From the human T2T-CHM13v2.0 reference genome, Homo sapiens: 64,000 nt of DNA. Below, one piece after another: positions 43,482-59,678 of this stretch (the first letter of the stretch is position 1; the number at the start of each line of letters is the position of its first letter). The notes under the pieces are model-generated. The model saw only the letters and a program-made list of their open reading frames with translations, searched no databases and was not told where the DNA came from. Both the position numbers and the translations under genes were made by a program. The DNA lies in NCBI RefSeq assembly GCF_009914755.1, contig NC_060932.1, one strand, 5' to 3'.

Positions 43482-43772
43482 CTTTTTTTTTTTGAGACAG
43501 AGCTTCACTCCTGTTGCCCTGGCTGGAATGCAATGGCGTGATCTCTGCTCACCACAACCTCTGCCTCCTGGGTTCAAGTGATTCTTATGCCTCAGCCTCC
43601 TGAGTAGGGATTACAGGCATGTGCCACCAAGCCCGGCTAATTTTATATTTTTAGCTGAGACAGGGTTTCTCCATGTTGGTCAGGCTGGTCTCGAACTCCA
43701 GACCTCAGGTGATCTGCCCGCCTCGGCCTCCCAAAGTGCTGGGATTACAGGCAAGAGCCACTGCGCCCGGCC
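43482..43772 (-). mobile_element. AluSp/Sq-like
   Basis: Antisense Alu; tcctgttgcctgtttctt on both flanks (TSD). Confidence 0.88.
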
Positions 43773-43904
43773 TCCTGTTGCCTGTTTCTTAGGGTCCCCT
43801 TTGTGTATTTGAAAATTAAAACATGAACCTGGGGCCTTTAGAGTGAGAATATCTCCTGGCTTCAGGGTTGTGACTTAACCTCTTAGTAGCCATCTCTATT
43901 TTAT

Positions 43905-46215
<2,311 letters not shown>

Positions 46216-47192
46216 CCACATCTTAGAGATGATGTAGATTTCTACCCACTTAGAGGCGAGTAGATTTCTACCCACAATGACACTCCAAGACCTATGCATG
46301 AGGCTCTCCAGAGACAGAAAACCCTGACCAAAATCTGAAAAAAAATCTACTCTTTTTAAAAGACTTTCAAAACTTGAACAGAGAGGCAAAGAGTTTGAAA
46401 GTTACTGGAGTTCAGCGATGGCGTACAGGAAACAGTTTGGTATATTCCTGCTTCTTATGCCCCTGGAATTTATCTTTCCTAACATTTAACTCCATAATTC
46501 TTCTTTTGATTCTAAAGTTTGTTTAATATTTCCCAATAAGCTTCTCTGTACTCTTGCTTTGAAAAGTTAATCAGAATGTGTTTCTCACAATAGATGAGCC
46601 TTAGCTACTCTAACCTAGGATACATTTCATCCAGGGAGTGTCACTGAAATTGATCACCACCAACAAGCTAGCATCGTTGTTTTTCATGGCTAAGAGTAGG
46701 CTGCTGTCCAGATCCAGGCAGATAATTCACACCTGAAATGACTGTGTAAATTGAATACATGCTTCACTAAACAGTGGCTTGAAATAAGCAAGGAAAACTA
46801 TACTGCAATAGGATATTACTCACGAAAAATTTTGTTGAGATGGGAAGTCTTTTTACCCTATGATGGACAAACACTAAAAATTCAGAAATGACATAAGAAT
46901 ACTCAGCTTTTAAAAGTTATGTTTTAAAGATTCCTTTTTCTTTTAAAGAATTGTGAGAATCAGGAAAAATGAGCAAAAGGATTTCTGAAAATATGTAATT
47001 AGCGGAGAAAGACTCAGAAGAGAAAGGAGGTCAAAAGAAAGACACTAAATTATGCTAAGTGTAATGGTTTTATTGAATAGACTGACTGCCACAGGGCCCA
47101 AACAGAAAGTAACTTTGTGTTTCCTCCAAGACCGGCTTCAGAGATAGCAGTTCTGAGGGTCTCCTTCCTGCTCTTTGATGGAATCTTCTACA

Positions 47193-47532
47193 TCAGTGGT
47201 CCCCAAACTTTTTGGCACCAGGGTCCAGTTTCATGGAAGACAATTTTTCCATGGACAGGAGATGTGGAGAGATGGTTCAGGATGAACTGTTCCACCTCAG
47301 ATCATCAGGCATGAGATTCTCATAAGGAGTGTGCAACCTGGATCCCTCGCGTGCATAATTCACAATAGGGTTCATGCTCCTGTGAGACTCTAATGCTGCT
47401 GCTGATCTGACAGGAGGTGGAGCTCAGGCAATAATGCTTGCCTGCCCACTGCTTACCTCCTGCTGTGTGGCCCAGTTCTTAACAGATCACTGACCAGTAC
47501 CAGTTTGTGGCCCAGGGATTAGGAACCCTTGT
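47193..47532. mobile_element. MER1B-like hAT-Charlie DNA transposon
   Basis: cagtggtccccaaactttttggcaccaggg...ccacctcagatcatcaggcatgagattctcataaggag. Confidence 0.8.
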
Positions 47533-47696
47533 CCTACATGACATGTAATACTTAGGCTGCTTTAAGTACCAAAACCAAATCCCATTTTGATAACTACCAC
47601 CTAATTTTACAAATGAAAAGACCAGCCCCAAACTCCACATTCAACTTCACATGTTAACTTCCCTCCCAATTCCAGGCTGATCTCTGGCTTGCAAAC

Positions 47697-48085
47697 TGTC
47701 TTAGTTTGCTCAGGCTGCCATAACAGAGTGCTGCAGAGTGGGTGGCTGAAAATACAGAAATTTGTTTTCTCCCAGTTCTGGAGGCTGGAAGTCCAAGATC
47801 AAGGTGCTGGCACGGTTGGTTTCCTCGAGGCCTCTATTCTTGGCTTGCGGATGTCTGCCGTGTTCCTGTGCCCTCACTTGGTCATCCCTCTGTGTGTGCC
47901 TGTGACCTAATCTCCTCTTCTTATAAGGACAGCAGTCATATTGAATTGGGGTCCATCCTAATGCCCTCCTTTTCCATTAGTTAATTCCTTAAAGGCCTTA
48001 TCTCCAAATGCAGTCACATTCTGAGATACTGGAAGTTAGGATTTCAACAAAGGAATTTTGGGGGACACAATTCAGCCCCATTATA
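47697..48085 (-). mobile_element. MLT1 MaLR LTR
   Basis: tgtcttagtttgctcaggctgccataaca...cagttctggaggctggaagtccaagatcaaggtg...gggggacacaattcagccc. Confidence 0.8.
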
Positions 48086-49045
48086 GGATTCACAGTGAGG
48101 AAGGGGGCATGGTCACATTCTCTATTTCTTCTTTTTTCCCTCACTTCCTTTTGTCTCTGTTGTTTTCAAGGTCAGAGGAAGGGAAAGGGAGGCTAGAGGA
48201 AAGGATCAAAAAGTATTTTTTTTTAACTTAAATGCTATAGTGCTATAGTTTGCTTTTGGCTAACACTGGCTTAGGATGGTGGAGACATTCTCTGTGGCAG
48301 GCATTTAAATTCTGGCTCATCCATGGGGTGCAGGTGTGGCTTCTTCAGAGACTGACCTGTGGGCTGGGGGAGATACACTGTTGATGTCCCTGAATGAGGG
48401 GTACACTGTGTGGCTGGTATCTTGGACACTCAGCCCCTGTGCTCTGGCGTACACCCTACAGTCTCTTGGCTTGCATCCCCCCATGACAACTGGCCCCTTC
48501 TTGGGCTGGGTACCTTCTGCAGTGTCCACTGGAACATAGAAAACATATATCCCTGGGCACTGCTCTGTCCTTTGTCCTGCAGCTGTGGACTGCTCCAGAA
48601 AGCCTCCAACGTCAGAAGTATTTAGGCAAGAAGTATGTGTGTCTCTATGTTTCATGGATCTCTTAAACTTTGAGAGACACCCCTCAGTCACCCCAGGAGT
48701 TCCCTACTGTGCTGTGCTCTGATGCAAGCAGATGGGCATCAGATGCAAGAATTGCAAGTTCTCACAGCTTAGCAAGTATCCTAGGCAGTGAGGAGAACCC
48801 ATTCTCCCCCTACAGGGCATCTGATCTTTGGGAAGTGTTCTGGGTCTCTGCCTTGGTTTGGAAGGGGGTAGAAGGATGGAGCACACAGGAGGAAGGGAGG
48901 AAAAATTCCCTGGTGCTCCATTCCAGGCCAACAGCTCACTATTCCTGGGAGCCCTTACTCCAAGGAAGCTGATTTTAAAGCTTGTGTTCTCCTAGGACTC
49001 CAAGGCAAGGACATAAAATTTGGCTGGGCTTCATGAAAACTGAGA

Positions 49046-49060
49046 CTCTCTTTCTTTCTT

Positions 49061-49120
<60 letters not shown>

Positions 49121-49169
49121 TCCTTTCCTTCCTTCCTTCCTTCCTTCTTTCCTTCCTTCCTTCCTTCCT

Positions 49170-49200
<31 letters not shown>

Positions 49201-49702
49201 CTTTCTTTCTTTCTCTTTCCTTCCTTCCTTCTTTCTCTTTCTTTCTTTCCTTCTTTCTTTCTCTTCCTTCCTTCCTTCCCTCCCTCCCCCTCCCTCCCTC
49301 CCCTCTTCCTTCCTCCCTCCCTCCCTTCCTTCTTCCTTCCTTTCTTTCTTTCTCTCTCTCTTTCCTTCCTTCTTTCTTTCTATCTTTCTTTCCTTCTTTC
49401 TTTCTTTCCCTCCCTTCCTTCCTTCTTTCTCTCTCTCTCTTTCTTTCCTTCTTTCTTTCCCTTCCTTCCTTCCTTCCCTCCCTCCCCCTCCCTCCCTCCC
49501 TCCCTCCCCTCTTCCTTCCTTCCATCCTTCCTCCCTCCCTCCCTCCCTTCCTTCTCCTTCCTTCCTTCCTTCTCCTTCCTTCCTTCCTTCTCCTTCCTTC
49601 CTTCCTTCCTTCCTTCCTTCCTTCCTTCCTTCCTTTCTTTCTTTCTTTTCTTCCTTTCTTTCTTTTTCTCCCTTTTCTCCTTTTCTCTCTTTTCTTTTCT
49701 TT
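49046..49702. repeat. ~650-bp compound (TTTC)n/(TTCC)n/(TCCC)n polypyrimidine tract at an Alu tail
   Basis: Almost purine-free on +; directly adjoins antisense AluJ 49703-49991. Confidence 0.95.
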
Positions 49703-49991
49703 CAAGGTTTAGGGCTTTGCTGTGTCTCCCAGGCTGGAATGCCATGGCACAATTATAGTTCACTGCAGCTTCAAACTCCTGGGCTCAAGCAATCCTCCCA
49801 CCTCAGCATCCTGAGTAGCTAGCACTACACTTATGTGCCACCAGACCTGGCTAAGTTTTAAACAATTTTTGGTAGAGATAGGGTCTTTCTGTGTTTCCCA
49901 GGCTGCTCTCAAACTCCTGGCGCTCAAAAGATCCTCTCACCCTGGCCTCCCACAGTGTTGGGATTATAGGCTTGAGCCACCGTGCCTGGCC
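49703..49991 (-). mobile_element. AluJ
   Basis: Diverged antisense Alu. Confidence 0.85.
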
Positions 49992-50301
49992 TAGGGTGGG
50001 GACACCTCTCCTGCTCTCAGAAATCATGCATCTCTGGCTCTGCCTCCCTCTCCCCAGGTAGACCATTCTCCTCTCTGAGCCTAGTTTCCTCTGTGACACA
50101 CTGGTAGTTTGGTTTGCAGGTGGCTTTGCCTTGGTCTGACACAGACCTCAACTCTTCATGACCTGACTGTTGGATTCCCTTCAGATCAAAGTCTTACTTG
50201 ATGTGTCCCTAATTCCAGATGCTAAGACCAGGGCTTTATCTGGCCTCACACGGCCCAGATGCTCAGGTGTCCACATGTCCTATCCTCCATGCCCAGGGAT
50301 G

Positions 50302-50670
50302 GTGTGTGCTTTGGTCCAAATGTTTGTGTCCCCAGAATCCATATGTTGGAACCACACAAAGTGATAGTGTTAAGTGGGGCCTTTGTGGGGGCGGGGGTGG
50401 GGGCAGTGATTAGGTCATGGGCCCCACCCTCATGAATAGGATTAGTGCCCTTACACAAGAGGCTTGAGGAAGCCCTTTTGCCCTTCACCATGTGAGGATG
50501 CATCAAGAAGGCGCCATCTTCGAAGCACAGAATAAGCCCTCACCAGATGCTGAATCTGCCAGTGTCTTGATCATAGAATTCCCAGCCCCCAGAGAAATAC
50601 ATTTCTGTTGTTTATAAGTCTAAGGTATTTTGTACCCTGTTGTATAGCAGCCTGAATGAACTATTTATAC
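50302..50670 (+). mobile_element. MLT1A-like MaLR LTR
   Basis: aatgtttgtgtcccccagaatccatatgttggaa...ccctcatgaataggattagtgccctta...atagcagcctgaatgaac. Confidence 0.75.
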
Positions 50671-51889
50671 ATCACACAATACAAAGTGATCACCTACTAG
50701 ATGAAGGATACAGGTCACTGTAGAAAGTTCTCTGTATGCCCCCAAGTCGAGGGTGAGCAGAAGGCTTCTAGTTCAAAAATCTGGAAAAGGAGAGAGAAAG
50801 AAAATTGAAATGCCATTGACATATCAGAAATAGGAGTCCCTCCACCCTCTTCCCACTCCTGCCTGCTTGTCCTAGGATTTGGTTGTGTTGTTCTAGTGCA
50901 GGTTCTAGGATTGAGGAAGCCCAAAAAGTGAAGGAACATGGCTCCAGGTCATTAGATTGAGGCCAGAGAGCCTGGAGCAAAGGCAACAGTTCAGGTTCAG
51001 GTGGGGTCTTCACATGGAGGATCTCAGCCAGAAATACTCTTTATTCATGCAGCAACCAAGGGCAGCATAATGGTATTTAGAACATCGATATGTGGAGGAA
51101 ACAGTTTCCTTTTAAGGTTTGTAGACTTACTATTTGATCTTCCATTTGCTATAATTAAGCCTTCTTATGATGAAAGTTCCTGCATATGGGGAGTGTTAGA
51201 AGGGCCATTGTATTTGCCCAGATGTACTGAGAAAGAGACATGTTCATTGATGTATGCTTTTCCCAAGCATAGAACTGGGGTTGTGTGGGATTAAGCCAGC
51301 ATCTGCATGAGCCTAAACCAGAAAGCCTGACAGTTCTCCTTGTCATAATCCTTAAGTCACTTTGCAGAAGAGACAGTCAAGCCTTTTCCTGGTGAACCCT
51401 TTGACATCCCCCGAATGCTGGACAAGCCCTTAGTGGACACACTGATTGCTGTCTATGACCACATTTCCATTTGCTATATTGATTGCCCAGATCTTTGGCC
51501 CTCATGTAACTGAATATCCCCCTACTTCCCCAGACTGTGGGTGTGAAAGAGGTCACTTTAAAATGGACACCCTCATTTTGCCAACTTCATATTCCTCATG
51601 TGCTGGTGTGAGACTTTAGCCTCTTCCAACGCTCCCTCAGTTATTTCTGGGAGTCTCCGAGATTCCTCCCATGGGTTCTGGTGCAAGTCAGCCCCTCTGT
51701 CTCTGGCAGAGTTCCAGCACCCATACTGGAAACCACCTGTTTTCAGCACCTCTGTCACTGGCTGCCACCTCCAGGACTGCCTGGTGTCAAAGTTGCCCAT
51801 GGTGGGGGGGCACCGTGGGGCTGCAGGTGGAAGAATTACCTTTTTCCCCAACTCCTTCACTCTTGCATGGTGGGAATTTATCAACGAAA

Positions 51890-53190
51890 ATGGCTCTCCA
51901 CCTCAGCTGCACGTTGGAATCACCTGGGAAACTTTTTTTTTTAGTATTTATTGGTCATTCTTGGGTGTTTCTCGGAGAGGGGAATGTGGCAGGGTCATAG
52001 GATAATAGTGGAGAGAAGGTCAGCAGATAAACACGTGATCAAAGGTCTCTGGTTTTCCTAGGCAGAGGGCCCTGTCGCCTTCCGCAGTGTTTGTGTCCCT
52101 GAGTACTTGAGATTAGGGAGTGGTGATGACTCTTAACGAGCATGCTGCCTTCAAGCATCTGTTTAACAAAGCACATTTGCACCGCCCTTAATCCATTTAA
52201 CCCTGAGTTGACACAGCTCATGTTTCAGAGAGCACGGGGTTGGGGGTAAGGTTATAGATTAACAGCATCCCAAGGCAAAATAATTTTTCTTAGCACAGAA
52301 CAAAATGGAGTCTCCTATGTCTACTTCTTTCTACACAGACACAGTAACAATCTGATCTCTCTTTCTTTTCCCCACATTTCCCCCTTTTCTTTTTGACAAA
52401 ACCGCCATCATCATCATGGCCCGTTCTCGATGGTCGCTGTCTCTTCCGAGCTGTTGGGTACACCTGCAGAAAGGCTGTCACTTCACACTTGGAAGACTGC
52501 ACAGCGGCCAGGCAGAGGTGCTCCTCACATCCCAGATGGGGCAGCTGGGCAGAGGAGCTCCTCACTTCCCAGATGGGGCAGCCGGGCAGAGGCGCTCCTC
52601 ACTTCCCAGACAGGGTGGCAGCCAGGGAGAGGTGCTCCTCACTTCCCAGACGGGGTGGCCAGGCAGAGGCGCTCCTCACTTCCCAGACGGGGTGGCAGCC
52701 GGGGAGAGGTACTCCTCACTTCCCAGACGGGGTGGCCAGGCAGAGGCGCTCCTCACTTCCCAGACGGGGCAGCCGGGCAGAGGTGCTCCTCACATCCCAG
52801 ACGATGGGCGGGCGGGCAGAGATGCTCCTCACTTCCCAGACGGGGCAGCCGGGCAGAGGTGCTCCACACTTCCCAGATGGGGCGGTCACCTGGGAAATTT
52901 TACAGATACTGATGCCTGGGCCCTGGGAATCAGTGTTCTGACTTAGCTGGTTTGGTATATTGCTGGACCTCAGGATTTTCAAAAGCTATCCAGATTCTAA
53001 CATGGCTGGGGTTGAGAACTACTGTCTTGTGTCTTAAAGTATGGTTTGCAGTTCAGCAGTACAGGCATCCCCTGGGAGCTTGTCAGAAATGCAGAGTCTC
53101 AGGCCCCACCCTGACCTATGGAATCAGAGTCTGGTATTCACAAGCTCCCCAGGAGAGTTGCATGCATGTGACAGTGTGAGGAACACTGGC
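51890..53190. mobile_element. MER5-family DNA transposon pieces (one split by the SVA, a second at ~53025-53190)
   Basis: tgcacgttggaatcacctggg...gatactgatgcctgggccc...ggggttgagaactactg; then cctgggagcttgtcagaaatgcagagtctcaggccccaccc. Confidence 0.7.
51933..52885 (-). mobile_element. SVA_A-like retrotransposon, 5'-truncated in the VNTR
   Basis: Poly(A), AATAAA (51947-51952 on minus), SINE-R (HERV-K env/LTR), GC-rich VNTR units gggcagaggcgctcctcacttcccagac; TSD TCACCTGGGAAA(C/T)TTT at 51920-51935 and 52886-52901. Confidence 0.92.
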
Positions 53191-53401
53191 TTCGATCATG
53201 AGGACTGTCATCCCAAGTCACAAATCAGCTGACAGCGATCAGATGGGTTCTGTTGGAGTAACATAAACACCTTAATGTGTTTATGTCTTATTGTGTTGAA
53301 AAATACCACTCGAGTCTCTCCCCTCTGGAGGAGTGGTGGCTCAAAGCTGAGGGGACTTCCTGAGAATTCTTGGCTCCCCTGACTCTGCACACTTCTGCAC
53401 T

Positions 53402-54137
<736 letters not shown>

Positions 54138-56148
54138 AAGGCCCCTAAGAGCTTCACAAACCCTTCTCTGGCTGTGGCGTGATCTCCTGTTCTCCTTACC
54201 ACCCTCTTTTTACTTGTTTCCTTACAGCTAAAGTAAGCTTTGTTGGCTCTGCTTGTGCTCTTAGGAGTTCAAGGATTTGCATCCAATCTGACAAAAGTGC
54301 AGATTTGCTCTGCTCTGTCGCTTGGGCCCCACTTCTTCTGTCTACAAAACTTTCATATTTGGCCTTTGTATCCAGCTTCTTTCACTTTGAAGAAAGTCTT
54401 CAGTGTTCTTCTGTGTTGCAGCATCAGTACTTTATTCTGTTTATATCTGAACAATATTTCATTGTATTCATCTATTACATTTTGCCCGTTCATTTATCAA
54501 TCAATGGGCATTTGTGTTGTTTCCATTTGGGGGCTATTATGAATGAATAATGTTTATTCATGTACAAGGTTTTGTGGGGACATATGTTTTCAACTCTCTT
54601 GGGGCATATCTAGTAGTAGGGTTACAGGAGCATGGGGAGTGACTGCTAATGGGTGCATGCTTTCTTTTTGGAGTGATGAGAATATTCCAGAATTAGAGGT
54701 GATGGTTGCACAACTTTGTAAATATGTTAAAAGCCACTGAATTGTACATTTTAAGGGGTGAATTTTATGGTATGTGAATCATATCTTAAGAAAATGTATG
54801 AGAAAAAACAGGTGGAGTAGTGGTGGCAGTGGCTGGGGTTTTATGAGCGTGGGAGTGGTACGCACTATTGCTAGGGCCACTTTGGGAAGACAGGCAAGTG
54901 GCTGAGGCTGAGGGGGGCAGGCTATTTTAGTCTGGGCTGGCAGCTCATTTGGAAGTATCACGCTGTATTGGATGCAACAGTACTGTATGTGCTGATAGCC
55001 TTCCTCATGGTGCTTTTGTAGGCCCACTTTATTTATTTGTTTATGTGTATCTATTTTCCCTTTCTTTGTTAGGATATAATTGACAAATTAAAGTTGTGTA
55101 TCTTTACAGTGTACATGTGATATTTTGATACATGTATGCCTCATGAAATGATTAAATCAAGCCAATTACCATATCCATCATCACACACACTTATTTTCTT
55201 GTGGTGAGAACACTTAAGATCTAATCTCTTCGCAATTTTCAAGTATATAATACAACCTTATTAACTATAGTCACCCTGCTGTACAATGGATCTCCAGAAC
55301 TTATTCTTCCTGTCTAACTGGAACTTTGTACCTTTTAACCAGCACCATTTACCCGTTTCCACCGTGAACGTGATAGCCATACACTTGACTTAGCCCTTGA
55401 AGTGAGTTTTAATCAACCTCAGTCACCACAGGATTTTTTAGTTTTAGCTTTTCCTGTTTGAGATTGAAAAGCAATAGGTTTTTTAAAACTCTCTAAGTCC
55501 CCAATTTCTGAACTTCCTCTTTTCCCTTTCATGCTTGTAAACAGTCAAATGCTTTCTGCGAGCTCCTCTATTTCTTGCTGTCCATTGTCAGATGAAATGT
55601 GCAGAAACCAACATATACAACTAATGCTTTGGTTTCCACCTCTTCTAGACCTTAAAATCCATTAGGCTCATTGTTGGCTTTCCAAGTTACTGAGGGCAAT
55701 GTCATGTTTTGCTACTGCTGAACATGGATCACTTTCTTTCCATTTTCCATGAACAGTTTCCTTGGTACCAATAATTCGACTGCTAAGTTAGTGCCACATA
55801 TTTTTAAGTTTTTGTGATGGTAGCAACCCTCTTCTAGGTACCAATTTCTTTATTAATCAAGAGAGGTTTACTGTAGTTGCATTCCAACATTATCAGTATT
55901 TTAACACAAAAAATGTTTATTTCTCATGCGTCCATGAGCACCACATATGGCAAATTGTGCCCTTCCTCTTAAAGTGAATGCCTTGAAATGACACACGTCA
56001 CTTCTGCTTACATTTCACTGGACAAAGCAGGTCATATGACCACACCTAACTTAAAAGAAGTAGAGAGGCAGCACTGCACATCACATGTGTGACTATGTCT
56101 TTACCTTGAACCATAATATATATAATATATATTTATATTTTTATATAA

Positions 56149-56482
<334 letters not shown>

Positions 56483-57344
56483 TCATGACTGATATTTTGA
56501 CTGGTGTATTACTTTGCTGGACTGTGATAACAAAGTACCTCAGATCAGATGGCATAAAGGAATCCTGGGCATAGAATTCTAGTTTTAAAATGACTTTTCT
56601 TCAGCATTTTGAAGACATCACTCCACTACCTTCTAGTTTTTAGTGTTGGTGTTTTACAGGCTCCAATGCCATGCTGATTACAGATAATTTATCTTAATCA
56701 ATCTGTCTGGAAGCATAAGATCACTACGTGCCTGGTGTTTTGAAATTCCACAATGATGCAAATCCATTTTCAACCACTGGTCAGGCCTTTCATTCTTGCT
56801 TCATGGTTGTAATGCCCTCAAATCTCTTTGAGGGTCTTAATGATTACTTTTTCAGGCTTTCTTCTTCTTGAATAGTATCTGTTTCTTCTATATTGATCTT
56901 TTTCAGTTTTTTTTAATCTTTATCTTCTATGTTAGAGGCTTTTCTCAGATGCTTGGCAATCTTTGCTTTTGGTCATATTTAAGAGGTACTGGAATGTTTG
57001 CTAGAAGCTTTGAGGTCATACGTGGGACTTGTCAATCTGAGTGTCACTCTAAAATGACTGAGCTGGGCTGTTTAACTGACGGTGCTCTTATGAGAGTATC
57101 TTTAATATTTTCCTCTTTAGCTGCTCAAATTCATGCCTGGAAACTAAGGGGCTGGCTCTTTCCTTAATCTTGCTGGCCTGAATTATGCCTTGTGTCCCAC
57201 AGTACAGAAACACTGTGTCATCTTCTTCAGTCTTTTTCTAAGGAAAGGGAGGGCCAATTGCTCTGCAATGCACAGGGAAGTAAGAAATCAGTATTTTATT
57301 GCTTCTTAAATAGATTTTCAACCAGCCCTCCTTTTTCTCTCTCA

Positions 57345-57817
57345 CTTTTTTAAAAATTTAAGTTCTTGGATACATGTGCAGAACATGCAGGTTTGTGTAT
57401 ATAATTGCCACGGTGGTTTGCTGCACCTATCAAACCATCATCTAGGTTTTAAGCCCTGCATGCATTAGGTATTTGTCCTAATGCTCTCCCTCCCCTTGTC
57501 CCCCACCCCTCGACAGGCCCCCGTGTGTGATGTTCCCCTCCCTGTGTCCATGTGTTCTCATTGTTCAACTGCCACTCATGAGTGAGAACATGTGGTGTCT
57601 GGTTTTCTGTTCCTGTGTAAGTTTGCTGAGGATGATGGTTTCCAGCTCCAACCATGTCCCTGAAAAGGACATGAACTCATTCTTTTTATGGCTGCATAGT
57701 ATTCCATAGTGTATGTATGCCACATTTTCTTTATCCAGTCTATCATTGATGGGCATTTGGGTTGGTTCCATGTCTTTGCTATTGTAAATAGTGCTGCAAT
57801 AAACATACATGTGCATG
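57345..57817 (-). mobile_element. L1PA 3' end (older than L1PA2), followed by AluJ 57830-58122(-)
   Basis: ORF2 C-terminal peptide [29 protein letters not shown] and L1PA 3'UTR on minus. Confidence 0.85.
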
Positions 57818-58221
57818 TTTTTCTTTTCTTTTTTTTTTTTTTGAGAGACAGATTCTTGCTCTGTTACCTAGTCTAGAGTAGTTCAATCATAGCTCACTGA
57901 AGCCTTGACCTCCCAGGCGCAAGATATCCTCCCATCTCAGCCTCTTGAGTAGCTGGGACTACAGGCATGCACTACCACGCTCGGCTGATTTTGAAATTTT
58001 TTGGTGGATATGGGGTTTCACTATGTTACTCAGGCTAGTCTCTAATTCCTAGCTTCAAGAGATCTTCCCGCCTCAGCCTCCCCAAGTACTAGGATTGCTG
58101 ATATGAGTCATCATTTCTGGCCAGGCCTCTATATATTATTGCCCCCTGAACACACAGCATAAACTTTTCTACCCCATGGTGCATGGGCTCGTGCACACAC
58201 ACAGATGTGTACATAAGTCTA

Positions 58222-58447
58222 GAGCAGTGGTTTTCAACCAGGGAGTAATTTTTGCCCCTTCTTGCTAGGGGCGTTTGTGACTTCCGGATATAGTTTTTGG
58301 TTGTCATAACTGGGGGTGGACGCTTTTGACTCTAGAAGGCAGAGGCCAGGGATCTGCTAAACATCTTACAAGGCACAGGACAGCCTTCCACACAAATAAT
58401 TATCCAGTCCAAGATGTCAGTAGTGCCTTCGTTAGGAAACCATGATG
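58222..58447. mobile_element. MER20 DNA transposon
   Basis: cagtggttttcaaccagggagtaatttttgcccc...gaggccagggatctgctaaacatcttaca. Confidence 0.75.
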
Positions 58448-59660
58448 TAGAAACCATGTATCTGGGGCCTCTTTCACTTCCAGCCAAGGTACAGTACAGG
58501 AACAAGATGTGTACTCCCACCTGAAAAAGACTTTCAAATTAGACAAAATATATGAAACACTGGTTTTCTTGCTTTCTTTTTTTTTTTTTAAAGAGATAAT
58601 CTTACTCTGTTGTCTAGCTTGGAGTGTAGTCGTGTGATCATAGCTCACTGCAGCCTCCAATTCCTGGGTTCAAGCAACCCTCCCACCTCAGCCATTACTT
58701 AGGCCCATGAATTCATTATCAGGAATAATTCTATTCCCATAAAACAGAGTAAAAATCTCATAATTCATATGCCATCAGATAGAATATTCAAAAAATGCAG
58801 GTTCACCTCAGTACTGAGACAAAATGTGGTATATACATATGGTAGAATATTATTCAGCCATAAAAGAAATGAAATTCTGATACACGCTACAACATGGATG
58901 AACCTTGAAGATAGTCATGAATAATGAGTGCAATAAGCCTGTCACAAAAACATAAATATTGTATGATTCCACTCATACATTATGAATGTAAGGTATACAT
59001 ACCTCATTATGAATTGCATTGCTGAACTTGCAGATGGGGGTAGGGGACACCTACTGAAGGGTGATACAAAGATTATGTCAGTTTCAAAGGTAGGAATCTG
59101 CGTAATTACGGGACTTTTTAAAGCTGGGCCCTAGGTTAATCAAGGAAGGTTTCTGGAGAAGGCGACTTTCAATCAGACACCTGCCTTCTCCGCATCTTTT
59201 AAGGTAAAGAATTAACATTTATTTAGCGTTAGGTACTGTTCTAAGCACTTTGCATGTATTTACCCATTTAATGATCACAAAACAGTATGAGGTATATAGA
59301 TTAGGAAACCGAAGCACAGAGAGTTTAAATAATTTGCCTAAGTTTCTACAGCTAGAGGGTGACTTTGCTGGGAGTCAAACCCAGGCTGTCTTTAAATCTT
59401 GTGTTCCTAGCTACTAGGTTGTTTTTAAATCCTGCATTCCTAGCTACTAGGTTGTCTTTAAATCCTGCGTTCCTAGCCATTGTGCTACTTTAATAACATT
59501 AAATACACGTAGCAGTAAATTTTGGAATAGATGTAAGTATACCTCATTTTATTAGAGTTTTCAAATGGATTTAATATAGTTTTAAAATAGAGTGTTAAAA
59601 AAATTACGATTTCATAGTTTTTAGGGCAGTTTTGCAGACACCAACAGTCAGCATTCTGTT

Positions 59661-59678
59661 TGTCCACCAGAGGGCGCC
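59661..59678 (+). promoter_or_regulatory. Strong CTCF core motif
   Basis: TGTCCACCAGAGGGCGCC, a near-ideal CTCF consensus in non-repeat DNA. Confidence 0.75.

Noticed and set aside
48982-49763. Long ORFs (258, 224, 127 aa) rich in F/L/S/P or K/E/R/G
   Set aside because: Translations of a stop-free simple-repeat tract, not genes
52500-52885. Array of ~37-42-bp repeats superficially like a CRISPR array
   Set aside because: Tandem SVA VNTR units with no unique spacers; primate context, no cas genes
52393-52946. Three overlapping + strand ORFs of 160-182 aa with repeats
   Set aside because: Antisense readings of the GC-rich SVA VNTR
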